From assembly GCA_041305085.1 (NCBI GenBank), contig JBFYMA010000021.1, positions 1-56,296 on the forward strand: a stretch of 56,296 nucleotides of DNA, read 5' to 3'. The stretch is from Nanobdellota archaeon (GTDB taxonomy: Archaea > Nanobdellota > Nanobdellia > Woesearchaeales > UBA9642). The notes under the pieces are model-generated. The model made no database searches, had not been told where the DNA came from, and saw only the letters and a program-made list of their open reading frames with translations. The translations under genes were made by a program, and so were the position numbers. How positions within the stretch are numbered: position 1 is the first letter of the stretch; every line of letters starts with the position of its first letter. Positions 46,216 through 54,888 of the stretch are shown piece by piece.

Positions 46216-46791
46216 ATGGATAGGCAGTTCGCTGAAAGACTGGTTAGAGAATTGGCAAAGCACGGAGCAATCGTGGTTCCTAACAATAAATTATTCTTAG
46301 ATGAGCTTATTTCTACAGATATTCCTGAATCTTCAAGGTTTTATGAAGCTCTTCCTAATAAACCTTATCGGGTGGAAGAGGATGGGCGTATGCATTATCT
46401 TTCTTTAAGAAGGGTTTTAAGGAACAGGAATGCAATGGATTACAAGTTGTCTGAATTGAAAAAGGCTTATGAGTCAATAGGTGCGCTTGTCGGAGCGTAT
46501 TCTTCAGATGCCTTGACAAGAAATCTGAGGGCGAATCTTGCTTTGCTTGAAATGATGAGCAATTGCGAAGAGCCGTTTTCGCTGTTGGGAAAATTCAAAA
46601 CATACGATTTTGAAAATTCCAAACAAAGTGTATTTGTGGTATCGCGCCCTGTTCTGATTATTCCAGGAGCAAAGGATGCTGAGCCAATCCTTAGTTGGGA
46701 AGAGGCAAACACTAGCTATAAGAAGGAAGTGAGGCTGGGCTTTTTTTCAGCAGAAAAGATAATCAAGCCAAGAGAGTACTTTTCTTGTTAG
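46216..46791 (+). CDS. Hypothetical protein
   Basis: 191-aa ORF; I recognised no motif. Confidence 0.45.
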   Translation: MDRQFAERLVRELAKHGAIVVPNNKLFLDELISTDIPESSRFYEALPNKPYRVEEDGRMHYLSLRRVLRNRNAMDYKLSELKKAYESIGALVGAYSSDALTRNLRANLALLEMMSNCEEPFSLLGKFKTYDFENSKQSVFVVSRPVLIIPGAKDAEPILSWEEANTSYKKEVRLGFFSAEKIIKPREYFSC

Positions 46792-46867
46792 CTTCACAAA
46801 TTCTTAAGGCATATTAACTGGCCAAGCCATTCCAAAGATTTTTAAATAGAATTCATATAAGCAAAGC

Positions 46868-47953
46868 ATGGATAAAATAGCAGAATTGTTAAGAAACAGC
46901 AAAGAAGTCATTCAGGACTGCTGCAAGCCAAATGGGGCAATCGTTGCTGTGGATTCTTCAAAAAAATATTTTCCAAAAGAAGCCAAATACTACAAGTTTG
47001 TCTGGCCGAGAGATGCTATGTATACATGCATTGCAGCCAGAATACTGGGATTGAATATTCAGGAAAATTTTTTTCAGTGGTGCACAAAAGCAGAGGGATG
47101 GAACAGGACAGGGCTGTTTTATGAGAAGTATTTTGTTGATGGCAGGAAGGCAAGGCCTAATTTTCAGCCAGACCAGACAGGAAGCGTGCTTATGGCTGTT
47201 TTTGATTATTATACTCACAGCAAAAAAAATTGGAATAAATTTGAAAGGCTTGTTACAAAATCTGCGAACGGCTTGTGCAAAGTTTGGAACAAAGATCATT
47301 TCAAGCTGGTTACTCAGGATCTCTGGGAGGAGAGGTTGTGTTTTCCTGATTTAAAAGAACATTTTACATACTCTTTGGCGGTTTGTGCGAAAGGCTTGGA
47401 ATGCGCTAATAAGCTAATACCCAACAAATTGTGGGAAAAAACCTCGAAAGAGATGAAAACTGTGCTGCTGAATAATTTTAAGGCAAATTTTTACCGCTCA
47501 TTTGGAAAAATAAATGATGAAAGAGTTGATGCCTCCTTGTTAGGCATTGTCTGGCCTGCAGAAATAGTTTCTCCCAAGGACAGGAGAATGAGGAAAACTG
47601 TTGAGATGATTGAACAAAGAATTGTAAGGGATTTCGGGGTTTTCCGCTATGAAAACGATGAATATGATGGCTGGATGTATAAAAAAGATGTTCACAGAAA
47701 AAAAGGCGCAGGATACTGGCCTTTGCTGAACTTCTGGATGGCTGTTTATTATCTTGAATATGGAAACAGGCAAAAAGCCTTGAAATATTACAATAAGGTC
47801 TTGAAGGATTTGGATGGGAAAAAATATATCCCTGAGCAGATATTTGACAACAAAGTTCAGGTCGGAGTATCTCCGCTCTGCTGGTCCCATTCAATGTTTG
47901 TGATAGCTTCAGACCGTCTGGGATATGTTCAGGAAAGAGTCAGAAAAGTTTAA
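46868..47953 (+). CDS. Glycoside hydrolase family 15 (glucoamylase-like catalytic domain)
   Basis: YKFVWPRDAMYT, FQPDQTG, QDLWEER and YWPLLNFWM motifs, typical of the GH15 (alpha/alpha)6 barrel. Confidence 0.85.
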   Translation: MDKIAELLRNSKEVIQDCCKPNGAIVAVDSSKKYFPKEAKYYKFVWPRDAMYTCIAARILGLNIQENFFQWCTKAEGWNRTGLFYEKYFVDGRKARPNFQPDQTGSVLMAVFDYYTHSKKNWNKFERLVTKSANGLCKVWNKDHFKLVTQDLWEERLCFPDLKEHFTYSLAVCAKGLECANKLIPNKLWEKTSKEMKTVLLNNFKANFYRSFGKINDERVDASLLGIVWPAEIVSPKDRRMRKTVEMIEQRIVRDFGVFRYENDEYDGWMYKKDVHRKKGAGYWPLLNFWMAVYYLEYGNRQKALKYYNKVLKDLDGKKYIPEQIFDNKVQVGVSPLCWSHSMFVIASDRLGYVQERVRKV

Positions 47954-47979
47954 TAATGGCCAATATTTTATTATAGAAC

Positions 47980-48693
47980 ATGTGGATAAAAAAACAATCC
48001 GATAAATTTAAAATCCCTAATTATAGTAAAGAATATTTCAGGAAGCCAACAATTCTTAAATTGTTGGGCAATGTTAAAGGGAAAAAACTTCTCGAAGTTG
48101 GCTGCGGGAGTGGCTATTGGACAAGATTATTTGCAAAAAAGGGAGCGATTTGTTCCGGGATAGAACTGAATAAGAATCAATTAAGAATTGCTGTTGAAGA
48201 AGAAAAATATAAGAATTTAGGGATAAAGTACTATTTAGGAAATGCTTCAAACATATCAATGATTGAATCTAATTCTCAAGATGTTGTTTTCATAGAATTT
48301 TTGTTGCTGGAGATAAAAATGAAGTCTTTACTGAAAAAAACTTTTGCAGAATGCTTTAGGGTTTTGAGAAAAAATGGATTATTGTTTATCAGTGATATGC
48401 ACCCATTTGATCCATTTTTTGATAAAAGGTATAAGTTGCCAGATAGATTTAATTATTATTCAAGCGGAGACCAATTTGTGGCAATGGCTACGCAAACAGA
48501 CGGAACCAAAATAAGATTTACAGACCATCATTGGACATTTGAAGATTATTTTAATACCCTGACTAGTTCAGGTTTTATTGTTTTTGAATTAAGAGAGCCG
48601 AGGCCTTCAAAATCACTAATAAAAAGAATGCCTTACTTTGCTTACAGAGAATTTCTTCCTAAAACCCTGATGATAAAGGCAAAGAAGACATGA
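47980..48693 (+). CDS. Class I SAM-dependent methyltransferase
   Basis: LLEVGCGSGYWTRLFAKKG motif I. Confidence 0.85.
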   Translation: MWIKKQSDKFKIPNYSKEYFRKPTILKLLGNVKGKKLLEVGCGSGYWTRLFAKKGAICSGIELNKNQLRIAVEEEKYKNLGIKYYLGNASNISMIESNSQDVVFIEFLLLEIKMKSLLKKTFAECFRVLRKNGLLFISDMHPFDPFFDKRYKLPDRFNYYSSGDQFVAMATQTDGTKIRFTDHHWTFEDYFNTLTSSGFIVFELREPRPSKSLIKRMPYFAYREFLPKTLMIKAKKT

Positions 48694-48829
48694 TATTTCT
48701 CAATGTAATAAATTATGTGACTTTGTTTTTGTTATGCTTTCTCTTATAAGAAGGATTTTATTACACTGTTATCTATAAAAGATAATAAAATTCAAAAAAT
48801 ATAAATAAGATGTTTGCTAACTTAATTTT

Positions 48830-49081
48830 ATGCCCAGAAAAGAACTAGCAACAGGTGTGGCGCACAAAGTGCCTGCAGATTTGAAAAAAGCTCTGACTTC
48901 CTCCTCCAAAGTGCAGGAAGCATGGAACGGCCTCACTCCATTAGCACGTAATGAGTGGATATGCTGGGTTATATCTGTTAAGAGAAAGGAAACAAGAGAA
49001 AACCATATCGGGAGAGTATGCACAGAGCTTCTCGAAGGAAAGCGTAGGCCCTGTTGTTGGCCTGGCTGCCCCCATCGCTGA
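48830..49081 (+). CDS. OmdA/YdeI C-terminal domain protein
   Basis: VPADLKKAL.....V.EAWNGLTPLARNEWICWVISVKRKETRENHI, ending in CCWPGCPHR. Confidence 0.75.
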   Translation: MPRKELATGVAHKVPADLKKALTSSSKVQEAWNGLTPLARNEWICWVISVKRKETRENHIGRVCTELLEGKRRPCCWPGCPHR

Positions 49082-49345
49082 AATAATTGAGAAAAAATCT
49101 TTACTTTTTTGAGAACTCCTGCTTGCTTTATTATTATGCAGCAAGACCATCCCGAGGGGATACAAGAAAAGCTTTGCTTTTCTGGAAGGTATGCTCATTG
49201 CATTCATTACCCAACACCCTTTGTCTATTGAGCTATACTGTTTGATAGGCTTCGCCGGAAAAAGCGCTAACTACATTTTCAACGCAGCAGTTTTCCTTTC
49301 AAAATATTTATATATCCTGCGCAACTTAATGTTTTTATGGTCAAA

Positions 49346-49558
49346 CTAATCGCAATGGGTGGCGAGGAGAATTTGACTTTCTTGGGAGAATATGAAAAGA
49401 AAATCAGAGAATCCTCCTTGGATATTGTAATCCATTGCTTTTAGGTTGTGCTTGGCTTTTGTAATGTGTTCCTCTGAAAGCTTGTCGCTTGGCTTTATTT
49501 TGGTCATTCTTGATTTTTTTGCAAGACACCAGTCAAGCTTTTTCTTATGCATTGACAT
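49346..49558 (-). pseudogene. HEPN-domain antitoxin/toxin fragment (truncated)
   Basis: Only about 70 aa remain of an expected ~130. It overlaps the upstream NTase gene by 14 nt as MNT-HEPN pairs do. Downstream minus-strand frames hold HEPN-like debris (NECNEHTFQKSKAFL). Confidence 0.5.
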
Positions 49559-49817
49559 TTTTTATGACCTCCAAAAATACTGATTCTCCCTTCAATATTA
49601 CTCCTTCCTTAATCAGAGAAATTATGGCTTCTTTTCCTTGTTTAATCTCATCTATCAAGTCATCTTTTTTTAATATCAATGGCACAATTGGCTTTGTCCT
49701 GATCTTGGTGAGTTCAAGACAGAACTCTTTAACTTTCTTAGCCTGACTTGTAAGAAACAATACATCAACATCATTGAATGCTTTACTTTTTAAAACTGAG
49801 CCAAAAAGGATGATCAT
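49545..49817 (-). CDS. Minimal nucleotidyltransferase (MNT), possibly 5'-truncated
   Basis: ILFGSVLKSKAFNDVDVLFL (GS..x..DxD). The frame stays open and protein-like for 53 codons upstream of ATG 49817 without any ATG/GTG/TTG. Confidence 0.65.
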   Translation of the reverse strand: MIILFGSVLKSKAFNDVDVLFLTSQAKKVKEFCLELTKIRTKPIVPLILKKDDLIDEIKQGKEAIISLIKEGVILKGESVFLEVIKNVNA

Positions 49818-50210
49818 TTCTGCATGCTCAAATTTGGTAATCTCGTCAGCATATACTTTTGCATATCCTTTCAGTTCCCTTTTTTCTGCAAGGAGCAGCA
49901 GCTCACATATCTTGACAGCTTCGGGGTTGTTTAGGTTAAGTTTGTAGTGGCTTGCACCAGGGTATATCAGTCGAATGATCTTCTATGTAGAGCATGATTT
50001 AGCTGATGGGAGAAATCCTGGAATTAGAATGCTTCAAGTAAGAAGATGCTTAAATTCTGAGGATTATTACAGAGAGGTATTCAAAGGAGAAAATTGTGAA
50101 GAAGCCCAAAATTATCGTGCATTAGGTAAGAAATTGGATGAAGCATTAAAACTACTTGTGTAAGTTGTTAGCGCCGACCCTTTCTAGATATTAGCATTTT
50201 TTTCAATTGC

Positions 50211-50234
50211 AATTAACATCCGCGCTGTTATACG
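50211..50234 (+). repeat. Collapsed copy of the attC-like palindrome family
   Basis: AATTAACATCCGCGCTGTTATACG is the left-arm start and right-arm end of the 54562-54697 element with the centre missing. Confidence 0.5.
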
Positions 50235-50295
50235 TTTTTTCTGCAAGAAAAAATGCCGAAGCGAAGCGTAGGCACAGTATGACGCAGGGTAGCGA

Positions 50296-50982
50296 CTAAT
50301 CTAAAGACAACCTATAAACCACATATGTCCATTTATCAAAAGTTTCTTGCTTAACAACTTTTGAAGAAAAAATACTATTTGAGATTAATTGTTCTAAATA
50401 TTTTAGATCTCCTGATGAGGAGAATACAAGTAAAATTCTTCCATTTTCTTTGAGATAATTTTTTACTTCACTAAAAAATTTATTTAATGTTGAATAATTT
50501 TCATCTAATTCTCCTCTTTCTAAAATATCTCTTGGTTTAAACCATCTGAAAGGGGGATTAAAAATTATTAAATCAAATTTTTCTTCAATATTTGAGAATA
50601 AATCGCTTTCAAAAATTGTTATTGTATTTTCTAAATGATGGTGTTGAACATTCAATTTGGCACATTCTAATGCTACTGGGTTGATATCAACAGATATTAC
50701 TTCTGATGCTTTCTCAGCAGTAAATATCCCTTGAATTCCTGTACCAGTTCCTAAATCTAGAACTTTATCACCGTCTTTAGTTTCATCTTTTACGGCTTGA
50801 GCAAGAAACTTTGAATCTTCAAAAACTGGAGCAAATAATCCTGGTAAAACAATAATTTCTTTGCCAAGAACATTCACTATCTGTTTTTCTTTTATTGCTT
50901 TAAGTTTTTGATAAACTTCTATTTGCCAGATTCTTCTCTCTTCTATTTCTTTTTCTGAGAGTAACGGTTTATAGGTTGTCAT
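50296..50982 (-). CDS. HemK/PrmC-like methyltransferase (NPPF motif)
   Basis: VLDLGTGTGIQGIF (motif I) and DLIIFNPPF (motif IV). Confidence 0.85.
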   Translation of the reverse strand: MTTYKPLLSEKEIEERRIWQIEVYQKLKAIKEKQIVNVLGKEIIVLPGLFAPVFEDSKFLAQAVKDETKDGDKVLDLGTGTGIQGIFTAEKASEVISVDINPVALECAKLNVQHHHLENTITIFESDLFSNIEEKFDLIIFNPPFRWFKPRDILERGELDENYSTLNKFFSEVKNYLKENGRILLVFSSSGDLKYLEQLISNSIFSSKVVKQETFDKWTYVVYRLSLD

Positions 50983-51039
50983 AATATCAAATAAAATAAG
51001 GTATTATATAAAATTGTCGCCACCCGAGTAATATTGCAC

Positions 51040-51136
51040 ATAACATCAGGGATATACAAAGTTTTTCTGGAACGAAGTGGAAGAAAAATTTGGGAGAGGG
51101 ACGAGCCGAGCCCGAACTGTATATCCTTTGTTATAC
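51040..51136 (+). repeat. Imperfect palindromic element E1 (attC-like architecture)
   Basis: The left arm ATAACA-tcag-GGATATACA pairs with the right arm TGTATATCC-tt-TGTTAT(AC). The centre carries GGAACGAAGTGGAAG. Confidence 0.65.
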
Positions 51137-51229
51137 GTCCCGACGACTGAAAGGAGGAGAGCGTAGAAGTCGGGCATGAAGCCAAAAAACACAGAAACAC
51201 CCTAATTTCTTGTCAGTATGCCCGATTGT

Positions 51230-51370
51230 ATTTAACATCGCGATTAACCGAAGTGCTGAGTTGAGCTGGCTCAGGCAGCCCTGAGACACGAGCTGAAAAT
51301 TTTATTTGGATGGAACGAAGCGAAGCTACGAAGTGGCGAGCGAAGTGTAGTTGGTTAAGCCCTGTTAAAT
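51230..51370 (+). repeat. Imperfect palindromic element E2 (attC-like architecture)
   Basis: The left arm ATTTAACA-tcgcga-TTAACC pairs with the right arm GGTTAA-gccc-TGTTAAAT. The centre carries GGAACGAAGCGAAG. Confidence 0.65.
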
Positions 51371-51515
51371 CCTTCCGACTACGAAGTGGGAGGAATTGCG
51401 AAGCAAAGTCGGAAAAGAGAGCGTTCCTTCAAATGAGCGAAGCGACACATCAAGAACAAGAATTGAGGGGGACATTTTGTAGTCGTCGTTTATGTTAGTT
51501 GTTAGGGGGCGGGCG

Positions 51516-52499
51516 TTATTTACTAAGTTTAAGCAAATTCTTAAATCCTGGAGTCCACTCATCCGTTATCATCAACACAGAATCTACAGTCCTTATCACA
51601 AAAGGGAATTCTTTTTTTAGATTTTCAATTATTTCATAATATTCTTGATAACTGCTTACAACTATTTCCGGTTCTATCTGCCATATATTTCTGATGTAGT
51701 AATGGATATTTGGTATATTAGACAAATATGTCAGAAATTTTGATTCATCTTCTTTGGTGTATTTGTCTAGTTTGATTATTGCCTTATACAGTTCTAATCC
51801 GATCACATTAAGATTGATTCCTATTCTATACTGGATAATTATGCCTTTCTGCTCTAATTTCTTTAGTTTGCCCCTTACAATTATTGCTGTTGAATTGACT
51901 TTTTTTGCAAGCTCGTTTATTGGCATTCTTGCATTGTTTACTATCTCTCCTAAAATAGAATAATCTAGTTCGTCCAATTCGTTGTTGACTACCTCTCCTG
52001 CAAACATCGTTGGAGGTACAATCTCATTTGTAAAATACATTTTTGCGTATTGTTTTACATCTATCAAGCTATCTCCATATTCTTGAGTGATTATTCTTTG
52101 GAAGTTTGACAATATCTCATTTTTAAGTTTGTAAAATTCGTAGTCATTTCTTGAAAAAACTCCAAAAATCAGATCCCATGAACCAGAACACTCTCCCATC
52201 CAATAGACAATTCCTGCTGATTTCAGATAATTGAATAATTTTTGTTTCTCTTCAGGGATATTTCTAAGTTTGAGATAAATCTTGTATATTTTGTATCCCA
52301 TCTTATGCGGATTAAAAGAAGCATTAAAGCTTGTTATCACTCCTCTTTTTTCTAATTGACTGATTCTATATTCTACAGCTTGTCTTGATTTCATGACTTT
52401 TTTAGCTAAGACTGTGGTGGGAATTCGACAGTTTTTATCTAGTTCTGCAAGTATCTTTCTGTCTGTTTTATCTAGCTTAATCTTGGTTATTTCTATCAT
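51516..52499 (-). CDS. Tandem (double) Lrp/AsnC-type transcriptional regulator
   Basis: Two HTH units (LDKTDRKILAELDKNCRIPTTVLAKKV..; LDELDYSILGEIVNNARMPINELAKKV..), each followed by an Lrp-like ligand domain. Confidence 0.85.
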   Translation of the reverse strand: MIEITKIKLDKTDRKILAELDKNCRIPTTVLAKKVMKSRQAVEYRISQLEKRGVITSFNASFNPHKMGYKIYKIYLKLRNIPEEKQKLFNYLKSAGIVYWMGECSGSWDLIFGVFSRNDYEFYKLKNEILSNFQRIITQEYGDSLIDVKQYAKMYFTNEIVPPTMFAGEVVNNELDELDYSILGEIVNNARMPINELAKKVNSTAIIVRGKLKKLEQKGIIIQYRIGINLNVIGLELYKAIIKLDKYTKEDESKFLTYLSNIPNIHYYIRNIWQIEPEIVVSSYQEYYEIIENLKKEFPFVIRTVDSVLMITDEWTPGFKNLLKLSK

Positions 52500-52616
52500 T
52501 TATTAGCATATATAATAATAAATATATAAATTTTATCATTTATGCTTAAAAAATAGTAAATACTTTGATATATTTGATTATATCTACTAAGTAGTAACAA
52601 TAATGAGGTAATCAAA

Positions 52617-53792
52617 ATGACAAATATAAGTGTTCAAAATGGAAGAAAAAAGCTTGAGGAAAGGATTGAGAGAGCAATCCAAGAATCGGGAGTAAAATTA
52701 CCTGAAGGCCCACATGAGAATTACATACAAGGTTGGTGGTTTGAGGATGAAAAAATTAGAGAAGCTAATAAAAAAGGAAACTTACTTACTTTAGATCTTG
52801 ACATCGGAAACTACTGTGATTTAGCTTGTAGTTTCTGTTTTTCAAACACACAAAGTCCAGATCATGATTCTTATGTGACTAAAACAACTGAAAGAATCAA
52901 AAATATTATTGATGAAGCAGTTGAACTAGGTCTAAAAACAATAAAGATTGTTGGAGCTGGAGAGCCTTTCTTGTTTAAAAATCTGATCAACATAATAGAA
53001 TATGCACAAGAAAAAGGCGTTCAGTCTGTTGTTTTTACAGGTGGTCATGTAATCGGAGATGATAATTATGCCCGAAAGGTCTATGGGCATGAAGGAATTA
53101 CATCTGGAGCGGATTTAGCTAGAAGATTGAAAGATGCAGGAGCTTCAGTAATTGTCAAGTACCTCACCTTTGATGATAAACTCCATACTAGGATGGTTAA
53201 TCCAAAGAGAGAAGGATATGATTATACAAGAATGAGAGATAAAGGTCTTATGAATTTGATAACAGCAGGATTGAATGCAGAAGAAGAATCAAGATTAGGC
53301 GTAGATTGCTTAATGATGAGGGAAAATTATAAAGAAGCTGTAGAATTGTTCAGTTTCTTTATCAAATACAATATTTTTGGAGTGTTCAACACAAGCATGG
53401 ATTGTGGTAATACACAAATGGATCTTAAAAATCCATCTGTATTAAGCAAAGATGAAGCATTAGGGGTTGCAACAGCATTATACAAATACTGTATTGAGCA
53501 TGATATACCTTTTGATAAAAGAATCTCTCCATACTTTTGCAGTAGAGTTTGCTCTCAATTGAATCATGGTATGTTTGTTGGAGATAACGGAGAAGTAAAA
53601 GCATGCCCCGGGGGTCCAAAAATTGGAACTTACCAAAAAGGAAACTTAAGAGAGATATGGGAAAACAACCCAGTCAGAGTTAAATATAATTGTGTAGTTG
53701 GACATGAATGCATCTCAAGATGTGGAAAAACTTATCATGCAGATTTTGAGCAAAAAGTCAAAAAACAGTTAGAATGTGGTTCAAGTGAGTAA
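52617..53792 (+). CDS. Radical SAM protein with C-terminal Cys-rich (SPASM/twitch-like) domain
   Basis: CDLACSFCF (CxxxCxxC), a GAGEPFL glycine motif, and C-terminal cysteines C..VCSQ...GEVKACPG...C....ECISRCG. Confidence 0.85.
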   Translation: MTNISVQNGRKKLEERIERAIQESGVKLPEGPHENYIQGWWFEDEKIREANKKGNLLTLDLDIGNYCDLACSFCFSNTQSPDHDSYVTKTTERIKNIIDEAVELGLKTIKIVGAGEPFLFKNLINIIEYAQEKGVQSVVFTGGHVIGDDNYARKVYGHEGITSGADLARRLKDAGASVIVKYLTFDDKLHTRMVNPKREGYDYTRMRDKGLMNLITAGLNAEEESRLGVDCLMMRENYKEAVELFSFFIKYNIFGVFNTSMDCGNTQMDLKNPSVLSKDEALGVATALYKYCIEHDIPFDKRISPYFCSRVCSQLNHGMFVGDNGEVKACPGGPKIGTYQKGNLREIWENNPVRVKYNCVVGHECISRCGKTYHADFEQKVKKQLECGSSE

Positions 53793-53858
53793 TGCAGAGA
53801 TATGAGCGGTTGATTAAAAACTAATTTTTTCTTTTTTTATTTATTACGAGGTGAAAAA

Positions 53859-54518
53859 ATGACTGTAAAAAAAATATTTTGGGAAAACCCCTATTTGAAA
53901 GAGTTTAAGGCAAAAGTAATTAGTGTTAGTGGAGATATGATAACTTTAGATAAAACAATCTTCTATGCCTTTACAGGAGGGCAATCTTCTGATTTAGGAA
54001 CAATTGGCGGTTTTGATGTCATAGAAGCTAAAAAATATGGAAATGAAATTTTGTATGCGCTTAAAGATCATACATTAAATGCAGGAGATAATGTAATAAT
54101 TAAAATTGATTGGGAAAAAAGATATAAGATAATGAAACTCCATTTTGCTGCAGAGATAATATTGGAATTAGTCTATCAGAACTTCAGTAGGCCTGAAAAA
54201 ATAGGGGCAAACATCACTTCTGAAAAAGCAAGACTTGATTTTATATGGAATGGAAACATATCCGAAATATTTCCAGAATTAATCAATAAAGCGGCCGAAA
54301 TAATAAATGCAGACTTGCATATAAAAAGTGAATTCAGTGACGAAAAGAACGAAAGAAGATACTGGCAGATAGACAGCTTTGCTAAGGTAGATTGTGGTGG
54401 CACTCACATCAAGAAAACAAGAGAGATAGGAGAGATTTCACTAAAAAGAAAAAGTTTAGGCAGCGGAAAAGAAAGGATTGAGATATACCTCACGCCCCAC
54501 CATAGTTTCTTCGTTTAG
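53859..54518 (+). CDS. AlaX-like alanyl-tRNA synthetase editing-domain protein (variant zinc motif)
   Basis: TIFYAFTGGQSSDLGTI N-domain, MKLHFAAEII in place of HxxxH, and VDCGGTHIKKTREIG (CxxxH). Confidence 0.75.
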   Translation: MTVKKIFWENPYLKEFKAKVISVSGDMITLDKTIFYAFTGGQSSDLGTIGGFDVIEAKKYGNEILYALKDHTLNAGDNVIIKIDWEKRYKIMKLHFAAEIILELVYQNFSRPEKIGANITSEKARLDFIWNGNISEIFPELINKAAEIINADLHIKSEFSDEKNERRYWQIDSFAKVDCGGTHIKKTREIGEISLKRKSLGSGKERIEIYLTPHHSFFV

Positions 54519-54561
54519 AAATATCCCCCCTTCCGTTTCGTTAGCTCTCTTTTCCGATTGT

Positions 54562-54697
54562 ATTTAACATCGCGATTAAGAGAAGTAAATCCGAAGGATT
54601 TATTTCCCCGAACTTTTCCTCGCGAATGAAATGAGCAGAGCTGAAAAGTGAGGGCGTAGCGTAGTGCAACGGAGCGGAGTTTTAATCGCTGTTATAT
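54562..54697 (+). repeat. Imperfect palindromic element E3 (attC-like architecture)
   Basis: The left arm ATTTAACA-tc-GCGATTAA pairs with the right arm TTAATCGC-TGTTATAT. The 26 nt at 54554-54579 are identical to 51222-51247. Confidence 0.65.
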
Positions 54698-54866
54698 TCT
54701 CCCGATAGGGATTGAGTTTTAGTGCAACGTCCCGAAGGGAAAACTCAAAGTCGTCGTGTGTATAGTTTTCTCGGGAGGTTGCCGCCGCCTTTTTTGTTTC
54801 TTTTTTTCTAAAAAAGAAAATAATATTTGGGGGGGGGAAGTGCCTGTTATAGAAAGTTATTTATAC

Positions 54867-54885
54867 TAAAACCTCATATTTAAGG
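54867..54885 (+). promoter_or_regulatory. 19-nt palindromic motif TAAAACCTCATATTTAAGG, copy 1
   Basis: It repeats with 1 mismatch at 55540-55558. The core inverted repeat is CCTCA-TATT-TGAGG in copy 2; here the downstream arm reads TAAGG. Confidence 0.35.
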
Positions 54886-54888
54886 TAT

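Noticed and set aside
49975-50163. A 62-aa plus-strand ORF (MIFYVEHDLADGRNPGIRMLQVRR...) between the MNT remnant and the first palindrome.
   Set aside because: I recognised no family. It lies in a region of evident gene decay, so its coding status is undecidable from sequence alone.
54829-54837. A G9 homopolymer in an AT-rich intergenic region, next to a perfect A/T hairpin TTTCTTTTTT-ct-AAAAAAGAAA (54797-54820), as a phase-variation or G-quadruplex signal.
   Set aside because: It is a single tract, not within or immediately upstream of a coding start, and could be an assembly artefact. There is no supporting pattern.
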